The notes beneath the pieces were generated by a model, which was given only the letters and a program-made list of their open reading frames with translations, was not told where the DNA came from and did no database searches. Both the position numbers and the translations under genes were made by a program. Of a DNA stretch of 64,000 nt, positions 49,514-64,000 are shown one piece after another. Numbering within the stretch: the stretch's first letter is position 1; each line of letters begins with the position of its first letter. This stretch comes from the human T2T-CHM13v2.0 reference genome, Homo sapiens. The stretch is from NCBI RefSeq assembly GCF_009914755.1, contig NC_060933.1; one strand, written 5' to 3'.

Positions 49514-50117
49514 TGATCTGCCCGCCTCGGCCTCCCAAAGTGCTGGGATTACAGGCATGAGCCACTGCGCCCGGCTCTTTCTTCTTTCTTAAGTTGCTTA
49601 GTTTTATCTCTCTCTCTCTCTTTTTTCTGAGACTGGATCTCATTCTTTCACTAAGGCTGGAGTGCAGCGACGCGATGATAGCCCACTGCAGCCTCAATCT
49701 CCCAGGCTCCCACCTCAGCCTCCTGAGTAGCTGGGACTACAGATGTGCACCAGTACTCCTGGCTAATTTTTTTTACTTAAGGTAGAGACAAAGTCTCACA
49801 ATGTTGCCTGGCCTGGTCTCAAAACTCCTGAGCTCAAGCCATCCTCCTGCCTCAGTTCCCAAAATGCTGGGATTACAGATGTGAGCCACCACACCTGGTG
49901 GTTGCTTAGTTTTCTCTATATCTATCACCATTACATCTCCGTATTTTCCACCAGAGTTGTGAAATTTTGTTCAAAAGGTTCAGACATATTAGGTAATCCA
50001 TCATTTCCATTTTATTTTCTTGGAGATATCCCTTCTAGAGCCTTCCATCCTCTAGTGTGCTCTCCAGGCCTGCTACACAGCTGACTTCCTGGAACCTCCC
50101 TTCACCTTCACCTAGGG

Positions 50118-50316
50118 CAGGGGTGTCCAATCTTTTGGCTTTCCTGGGCCACACTGGAAGAAGAATTGTCTTGGGCCACACATAAAATACACTAACAATA
50201 GCTGATGAGCTAAAAAAAAAATCACAAAAAAGTATGTTTTAAGAAAGTTTACAAATTTGTGATGGGCCACATTCAAAGTCATCCTGGGCCACACACCACG
50301 GGTTGGAAAAGCTTGA
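50118..50316 (+). mobile_element. MER30-like hAT MITE
   Basis: caggggtgtccaatcttttggct..ctgggccaca..ggaagaagaattgtcttgggccacacataaaatacactaac. Confidence 0.8.
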
Positions 50317-50625
<309 letters not shown>

Positions 50626-51329
50626 TAAAGTGATCCACCTGCCTCAGCCTCCCAAAGTTCTGAGATTACAGGTGTGAGCCACTGTGCCCAGCCACATGTT
50701 TTTCTGTTTCTTGATATACACCTTTACTTGGATGGAGTTCTCCTTCTAGCAGTTTCCTGAGTGAGAAGAGTATATGGAAGTTAAAATTTTTGTGAATTTC
50801 TTGATTTTGACATGTTTTCTGGCTTTCTGTACTGCTTTTATTTCCTCCAAGTTCTTTTTTTTTTTTTTCTTTTTTGAGACGGAGTTTCGCTCTTGTTTCC
50901 TAGGCTGGAGTGTAGTGGCGTGACCTCAGCTCACTGCAACCTCCGCCTCCTGGGTTCAAGCAATTCTCGGCTTCAGCCTCCCAAGTAGCTGGGATTACAG
51001 GTGTGTGCCACCACGCGCAGCTACTTTTTTGTATTTTTAGTAGAGATGGGGTTTCACCATGTTGGCCAGGCTGGTCTCGAACTCCTGACCTCTGGTGACC
51101 CACCCACCTTGGCCTCCCAAAGTGCAGGGATTACACCACACCTGGCCTCTAAAGCTCTTTTTTTTCTTTTCTTGTTTGTTCATTGTAGGTTCTGTCTTTC
51201 ATGTAAGGAGGTTTCTTCAAATAAATGGAGATCATCAACTGTTCACCACATTTAAGAATGAGGTGATATCTGGGCATCGTGGCTCATGCCTGTAGTCCCA
51301 GCTACTTGGGAGGCTGAGGCAGGAGGATC

Positions 51330-51929
51330 TTTATTATTATTATTATTGTTATCATTATACTTTAAGTTCTAGGGTACATGTGTACAATGTGCAGTCTGAT
51401 ACATAGGTATACATGTGCCATGTTGGTTTGCTGCACCCATCAACTCATCATTTACATTAGGTATACCTCCTAATGCTATCCCTCCCGACAGGCCCTGGTG
51501 TATGATGTTCCCCGCCCTGTGTCCAAATGTTCTCATTGTTCAATTCCCATCTATGAGTGAGAACGTGCGGTGTTTGGTTTTCTGTCCTTGTGATAGTTTG
51601 CTGAGAATGATGGTTTCCAGCTTCATTCATGTCCCTGCAAAGGACATGAACTCATCCTTTTTATGGCTGCATAGCATTCCATGGTGTATATGTGCCACAT
51701 TTTCTTAATCCAGTCTATCACTGATAGACACTTCGGTTGGTTCTAAGTCTTTGCTATTGTGAATAGTGCCGCAATAAACATACGTGTGTGTATGTCTTTA
51801 TAGTAGCATGATTTACAATTCTTTGGGTATATACCCAATAATGGGATTGCTGGGTCAAATGGTATATCTAGTTCTAGATCCTTGAGGAATTGCGACATTG
51901 TCCTCCACAATGGTTGAACTAATTTACAC
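51330..51929 (-). mobile_element. L1PA 3' fragment inserted in an Alu monomer
   Basis: L1PA 3' UTR and end of ORF2 on -; TSD AGGCAGGAGGATC at 51317-51329 and 51930-51942. Confidence 0.92.
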
Positions 51930-53297
51930 AGGCAGGAGGATCATTTGAGGCCAGGAGTTTGAGGTCAGCCTGTGCAACACAGAGATACCCCATCTATAAA
52001 AAACTTGTTAAATTTGTATTATTTTTAGAGAGGGTCTCACTCTGTTAACCAGACTGGAGTACAGTGGTGCAATCACAGTTCACTGCAGCCCCAAACTCCT
52101 GGCTCAAATTATCCTCCAGCCTCAGCCTCCCAAGTAGCTAGGACTACAGGTGTGTACCACCAGGCCCAGCCAATTTTTTATTATTTTTCGTAGAGGTGGG
52201 ATCTCACTATGTTGCCCAGGCTGGTCTTGAACTCCTGGGCTCAAGTGATCCTCTCACCTCAGCCTCCTAAAGTGTTGGGATTACAGGTGTTAGCCAGTGC
52301 GCCCAGTCAAAATTTTTCAAATAAAAGAATGAGGCAATAAAATGTTGATGAGAGCCTCTGTAGGTACAATCAGGGATTGCTGACTATTGGGCTGACTGTA
52401 AAAGACAGTCAACAAGCCACACTCTTCACCATGGGATCCCCAAACCTCAATATTTGGAGACCTCTTCTCTTGGAGCAGCTGGTTTTCCCCTAAGAAGCTT
52501 CCAGTCTCTTGAAAGGATCCCAGCATTCCAGGATCTGAATTTGTGAATGAAGCTGGGGGAAAGGGGTCTGCCTTATAATTTAATATGCACAACTTCACTT
52601 AATTCTGCTTTTCTGTGTAGTGAGTCACCCCTGTCTTCAGCTCTGCCTGGTGCCTAAGAGAGCTCTGAGTGAACCTCTCCAGAAAGTAAACCATCTATCT
52701 TCCGGTGAATTTGGGCAGCATGGAATGGAGTAGGGAATATAGGGGAGGCAGGATCTCATTCTCTTTAGAAAACATTCACAGTGAATTCTCCTTTTTAGCC
52801 TTGCTCTCCTTCTGCTTTCGGAGAGAAAGCAGCTGTAGTTTTAGAGCCTTTCCAGGGTGCTGTGACATGGATAGGCTCACTTCTGGCTAGTTCTGCCTTC
52901 TCCCAAAAGCTGAAGTAGTCACTTTGGCAGCTTTGGTAAGTCAGTGATCACTCATCCATCTGCTTTCCACGTTTCTAAGTTTTGTTGGCATTTTATTCAG
53001 CGGGGATCTCTTTCCCTGTTTGCTTTTTCTTTATAGATTTATATCTTTTTTATTCCTTTACTGTCATTTTAATGAGGTCTCTGGAATAAGTGGAGACAAA
53101 CGTATGTTCAATGCACTATGCTTAACCAGAAGTCCCCTTGCCACTGGGTCTTAACATGTACATATGCAATGAACATTTTCTAAGTAGGAAAAGTCCATGT
53201 ATAGTTAAAGCAATTCCATAATAATTAGAAATAAGTATGATAATAGAATAACCATACCTAACTTAATGCTTATATGTACTTGCAGTCTTTAGAATGG

Positions 53298-53335
<38 letters not shown>
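53298..53335. repeat. (TG)n microsatellite
   Basis: Seen directly. Confidence 0.95.
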
Positions 53336-53337
<2 letters not shown>

Positions 53338-53662
53338 CGTGTCTTATCCTCACAATAACCTCATAATTCTACCCCTAGCAATCTTATATAACATGGTACA
53401 TCATTTCCCAAGCTACAGGTAATCTTATTTTCAATTTATCAGGTCTTTAGCCAATCCCTACTTACTGTTAACTTAAGCTATAACTGAAGTTTTAATTTTT
53501 TAATTTTTAATTTTAATTTTTGGGCCGGGTACTGTGGCTCATGCCTATAATCCCAGCACTTTGGGAGGCTGAGGTGGGTGGATGACTTGAGGTCAGGAGT
53601 TCGTAACTAGCCTGGCCATCATGGTGAAATCCTGTCTCTACTAAAAATACAAAAAATAGTCA

Positions 53663-54718
<1,056 letters not shown>

Positions 54719-57449
54719 ATTCAGTCACTCTACCATCTTTCCACCATTCTTCACTCCTCTCATAGCTTTACTTCTTACCACTTCTGAAATTATAAGGCCT
54801 CCTTTGCCTCTACCACCACCAACTCTGCCCTTATCTTCCCCTTATACTTGCCTGGTCAAATCTCAGTCCTGGTTACTGCCAAAACTGCCTACTCAGTGCC
54901 TGCACATGAGCAACTGAATATGGCTAGAGAAAATTGCATAACCAAGTGGCTAGCCTCACTATAAATTCATGACCACTTATTCAATGGGGCTCTTAGTAAT
55001 GCCTGGAAACTTTACCATGTTCTTTAGTCAGTTCACTCTCCCTCACTCATAAACTCTGATTTCACCTCCCTTCTCTCTTTTTTTCTCAATACTTTCCGTT
55101 AAGGACTACATTACCTAGAGTAGGCTAAACTGCTATAACAAATAGACTGCAAAATGTTATGGCTCCAACTCAATAGAAATATATCTTGCTCACATAATTG
55201 GGTGTCCAGGTCAGTGGGTAGCTCTCCTTCATCCAGGCACCTTCTTTCTTGTGGCTCTGCCAACCCCAGAGGCTTGTGGTCATCTGCATAATTGAATCAG
55301 AGTCACCGTGTCCAGGGTCCAGCTGGCAGAAAGGAAAATGTATGAAAGAGGCACAAGTACTCTCAAAGTAAACGCCTTGGCCTGACAGTGGCAGACATAA
55401 CATCTGCTCATGTTCTATAACTTAATACTTGACCATATGCAACTGAAAGAGAGGCTGAGAAAAGCAGTCTGTGTTTTCAGGGAGAAGGGGAGACTAAATT
55501 ATGATGGACAATTAGCAGTCTGCCAAAATGATCTTGTTCCTCACTTTGCTGAGAAAATAGAAGCAACTGGAAGAGAACTACTTTCTCCCACTGTCCAATC
55601 TATCTACTTATCTCGACATGTCCCATATACGTGGGAACTGGGGAAGAGGGGATGGATCCCTAGACTAACCTTGACCAGAAAGGGGATCTTTCTTCCCAGG
55701 CTTTCAATGAGAACAATGTGGTCTTAAAGACCCTACTACCTAATCACAAAGTGCAAACATACCTTCTTTCCTTGTGCTTTTCAACCTCTGTGGTTTTGGA
55801 TATTGTTGAGCAACACTCCTTCCAGCCCCGTTTTTGTGAAAGTCCAATTTACCTTGTCTTGATGATTCTGCATTACCCTATTCTCCTCCCATTTTCTGCT
55901 CCACCCCCTTTCTTTGCTGGCTTGGCTCACCTAGATCAGAGCTTCTCAAACTTTTTGATGTGGCACAAATCTCTTCGGGTTCTTGTTAAGTTGAAGATGC
56001 TGGTTCAGCAGGTCTGGGGTGGAGCCTGAGATTCTGAGTTTCCAACTAAGGTCCTCATGTCAGTGCTGCTGGGCCACTGACCACGTTTTGAGCAGCGAGA
56101 CTCTGAAGAGGGTGTTTTCCAAGATTCTGACTTTGTTTTCTTCTTTTATCTCACAGCAATATCACTCCTAGGCTGATTATCTATGAGTCTATTTTCTAGC
56201 TCAGTCCTCTTTCCCATATTACAAAACCTTTATTTCTAACTTATTAGTGTCCATGTCCGTCTGGCTGTCTTGACAACCCTTTGAATTCTTAAAATGTCTA
56301 AATCTAAACTGATCTTCTCTCAAGAAGTAGCTCCTTCTCCTTTCCTTTGTAATTGTCTCTTTTCTCTCTTGCAATTATCTAGAAACTCAAAACCTCCACT
56401 TTCTTTGATTTCTCTCTTCCTACCCACAATTAATCAATCAGTTAGCAAATTCTATAGATTCTGCATGCACATCATCTCTCAACTATGCTCTTTAAATTCC
56501 CCTGGCTGTCCCTTTAGGTCAGACTCATCATTACCTTTTACCTGGCCTACAGTAGATCTGTCAGTTTTTCCACCTCTGATTTCTGCTTCCCTTCACAGAT
56601 AAATCACTAGCATAAAGAAAAAAAAAACCTTCCTTTTCTTCCCCCAAACTTCTGAACCATAAAAACTCAAAATACTGAATTAAATATAAATTCATCCATT
56701 TGGTATCTTAGGCCCCATACTCCTTTGTCTTTTCTACCTCTCAACATACCTGGAGTCTTTGCTCTTTCCCCAACACAACTTTCACTGATTCGCCTTCATA
56801 TATATTCTCATGCTATCCCTTCTTGCTGTAAAACTCTCCCTGTCTCCTTCAAGGTCAATCCCAAATGCCTACTCCTTCATGCTGCGTTTCTTTCCTTATC
56901 CCCAAGACAGATATACACGGTTCTTTGATTCCCGGCAGTACTCTGCCACTTTTCACGTGGCACCTATCATGGTTTGTCTTTTATTGTCTGTTTTATCTTT
57001 GTTTCATTCCTTACTTCTTTGAAGGCAAAGGTATCTTCAACTCCCCTCTAACTCTGAAGCATCTTACCTGTGGGGCGTCTAATATTAGTTGAATCAGGGG
57101 GATTTATGGAGATAATGGGATGCGCTGGAAGCCAGTACAGCTGGGTGCCGGCTCTGCCGTTTATTAGCTGTGAGGTTTTGGGTAAGTCACTTAACTTCGC
57201 CTGTAAAATTAGTCCACTACGACCTGATGGAGAACCAAGGGAGATAACGTCAAAGCGCCCTGCAACTCTACAGGGAACTGAGCAATGTTAGTTATTTTCC
57301 TTACAGAGATCTGATGCACTCTTGCTACTGGAATCTTGACTTGCAGGACCATCCCTACTTCATTGCCTGGAGGTCGAACCCCAAGTTGCAGGGAACCCAA
57401 GCTACCAGGTCCCACTGCCCTTTTCCACTCCAGGGACCTCTAACTGCTC

Positions 57450-58560
57450 TCCGCGACGCAGGTGATCCTGCCTTGCTGCGGGGGAGTGGCCTGGAGTCTC
57501 ATTCCCTCGGGAGGCCTCCCTCCTTCCACCCGCTTGAGGAGAGCCCTTCTCTTCCCTGTGACCCCGAAGACCGTGGCGCCGCCGCCCACGTGAGGCGTTT
57601 GGACCCTGCCCGGCCCCCGTAGCTCCCTTTCTCCAGCAGGTGGTTCTGGTCCTCTCCCCCAACTCGGGCGCTCACGTCACCGGCGAACCTCTAACCAGCG
57701 CCAGCGCCGCTACCAACCGGGAAAATAAACAAACCCCCGCGCTCGGCGGACGCGCCAGGCCCCGCCCCCGCCCCGAGGCTCTCACGCCGCCCCCTCCGCC
57801 CGGGCTTCCCGCTACCCTCCGCCCGCCTGCTCGCAGCTGCGCTCTTCCCGCCCCTCACCGCGGCCTGCAGCCGCGCTCACCGCCGCAGTCCGCCCCGGCG
57901 CCCCGGGACCCGTTAGTGCCCAGCCTGTGGGCCGACCGCGACCCCCGCCCGGCGCGAGCCTGCCCCCAGCTCTGCCGACACTTGACCCAGACCAGTCCCA
58001 ACGCCCAGTGCGGCCGCCTGGGGAGCCGCGGGAGAGGCGGCGGCGGGGGGAGGAGGGAGAGGAGGGCCGAGCCGGCGGCCCGGGAGGCCCGGTGAGTACG
58101 CGGAGGCGGGCCCGCCTCGCGGGTGTCCGCTCCGGAACCCCGGAGGCGTAAGCAGCGGCTCGACAGCGCTCCCCTCGGCTCCTCGGGTGGCGGGGACTCG
58201 GCCTGAGGCGACGGGCCCCACTGGCCGGAGCCGCTGGGCAGAGGGCACGGGAGGGCCGCTCCGCGGAAGGGGCCGCGGCCCTACGCTCGGCGCAAGGCTC
58301 GGGGCGGCGGGGAGGGACTCGCACCCGACTCCCAGGCCGGCGACCGCTGAGCCTCCCGAGACTCCGTGGGGGCCGCTCGAGTGACAGGTGCCACCGTCCC
58401 CTCACCGCCGCTGGCGCCCGCACTCCCTCCCGGGGAGCCAGGCGCTCGGAAATTTCTGGAGCAACGACCTGACTCGTTGTTTTCTCCCTTTCAGGTTTTG
58501 AAGCCGCTTCTCTGGCCGAGTTAGGTTTCGCCCAGCGCAATTTCTTTCTCTATGTACTTT
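57450..58560. promoter_or_regulatory. CpG island promoter (GKAP1-like, duplicated copy)
   Basis: Abrupt GC/CpG-rich kilobase; E-box CACGTG 57587-57592, CRE-like TCACGTCA 57672-57679, tandem GC boxes 57759-57774. Confidence 0.9.
57800..58091 (+). other. Non-coding first exon (GKAP1-like 5' UTR); start approximate
   Basis: Strong donor CCCG|gtgagt at 58091/58092 inside the CpG island; GKAP1 assignment from recalled synteny with KIF27. Confidence 0.6.
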
Positions 58561-58626
58561 GCGAATAAGTTTCGGAGCATCGGTTAACAGCCTATGGGTG
58601 AAATTTGGCTTTCATTCATGAATGAG
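58495..58626 (+). other. Non-coding second exon (GKAP1-like 5' UTR)
   Basis: Branch-like CCTGAC at about 58468, pyrimidine tract, tttcag|GTTTTG...AATGAG|gtatag, 132 bp. Confidence 0.65.
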
Positions 58627-59417
58627 GTATAGTGAATTACTTTTTGAATATAGTGCTCCTCGTCCTCCCCCGCCAGCTATTGAAAAGTGATTTTTTTTTC
58701 TGTTATTGTTTGGAACAGCCTTACCGAATTTTTGTCAGATTTCGAGCATTAAGGTGCTTCATAAATATTGAACAGTAACGACAAAAATAGTTTATCAAAT
58801 TGGCTGATTGCCTTTTCTCTTCCTCCTCTTTTTCACTCTTTACCTTCGCCAGATTTTTCAGAGTAGATGCTAATGCTTTCATTAGAAGGACTAATGAAAG
58901 ATCGTCTGTCTTACACTAAAAAGCTGGAGACACTTTTCTTCAACATTTAGCATTGCCTGTTGTGTAGTAAATGTGCTTGGGATTGTAACTGGAATCACTT
59001 AATAAATGTGACTTGTAGCTATAAAAATATTTGAGAAGCTTTTTGGCAAATTAAAATATTAAAGATCTTCATACAAATCTAGATTTCTTTTCTCAACAGA
59101 TTTATAACACTATAGTAGCTTCAATTCTGGAGTAAGAGCAAAACCCAGAAGTTGACCAAAAGAACCTTGTGTGAAAATAGATGTATTTTACTCGTGGGAG
59201 AATCCCTCAGGTCCTCACTGAGTACCTGCTTGTATTTTTTTGTTTAACTTTCTTGGCCTACAGAAAGTGGGAGCTGCAGATTGGAGAGGGGTCTCAGTAC
59301 TTAACTGTGAGGAAAAAATGGAGTTTGGGGCATACCCATTGGGTTTACATCACTTACAGTAAGTGTGTTTGGAGCAGAGTTTTAGTATGCACTTCACACT
59401 TGCTGATTGTGAACTGT

Positions 59418-63325
<3,908 letters not shown>

Positions 63326-63764
63326 TCATTGTAGAATATTTGGGGAAATAGTAAAAACTATAGAAAGGAAAATAAGCATAGTGAGTAATCCCATGCATTT
63401 CTTTCTTCATTTTGGTATGTGTATGAATAATAGACATATTTACAAATTGGGGATTATTTTCATATTAAGTTTTATTCCCTTCTTTCATTTAAAATTACAT
63501 TTCCTTCTCTTCTACTTCTGAAGTACTGGTCATTGTACCTTTTGACATAGCATGTAGATTTCTGTCAAGGCTGTTGAAGTAGATGATGTGTTGATATGTT
63601 GGCTATTTTTTTTTTAAGTATAGCATAGCTCAGATGATTGAACCCTTCCAGTTGTTTCATCTCCTATCCCCTTAGCTGCAGATTAAGTAGTGCTATTTTT
63701 TGTCTTTAATATTTACTGTTATGTAAAGTATAATATAATGGGAAGTGGCTGCACTATCTTACTC

Positions 63765-64000
63765 TTTTTTTTTTTTTTTCTTTTTTTATTATTATTGTTA
63801 TACTTTAAGTTTTAGGGTACATGTGCACATTGTGCAGGTTAGTTACATATGTATACATGTGCCATGCTGGTGTGCTGCACCCACTAACGTGTCATCTAGC
63901 ATTAGGTATATCTCCCAATGCTATCCCTCCCCCCTCCCCCGACCCCACCACAGTCCCCAGAGTGTGATATTCCCCTTCCTGTGTCCATGTGATCTCATTG
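63765..64000 (-). mobile_element. Young L1 3' end (L1HS pre-Ta-like, ACG diagnostic); runs off the window
   Basis: Minus strand reads GCTAGATGACACGTTAGTGGG (ACG at 63888-63890), GGGGTCGGGG and a long poly(A). Confidence 0.9.

Noticed and set aside
57402-58540. Long Pro/Arg/Ala-rich ORFs on both strands (up to 242 aa)
   Set aside because: Expected stop-poor frames of a CpG island; no recognisable domain.

Overview
Primate (almost certainly human) repeat-rich genomic DNA. The + strand carries seven 3' exons of a KIF27-like kinesin gene (5800-39071) with intact splice sites but one in-frame stop and two frameshifts. It is therefore an unprocessed duplicated pseudogene, most likely KIF27P1/LOC389765 on 9q21 (from recall). 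A CpG island with two non-coding 5' exons (about 57450-58626) resembles the start of GKAP1, the gene that follows KIF27 at the parent locus, so the window looks like a KIF27-GKAP1 segmental duplicate. Introns hold about 45 Alus, a 5'-truncated L1PA, and an internally deleted HERV-L (MLT2A LTRs) inserted into an Alu with a CCATC target-site duplication. A young 'ACG' L1 3' end sits at the right edge. The most notable unexplained signal is a chain of about 9 small, phase-compatible exons at 41755-46650 that splice into a roughly 190-aa protein I cannot name, with five stops, consistent with an unannotated fossil gene. Also notable are a 1.04-kb near-identical inverted duplication embedded in an Alu (48384-49425 vs 53676-54718) and an old fold-back palindrome (40939-41526). 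Gene names and repeat subfamilies come from recall; no searches were run.
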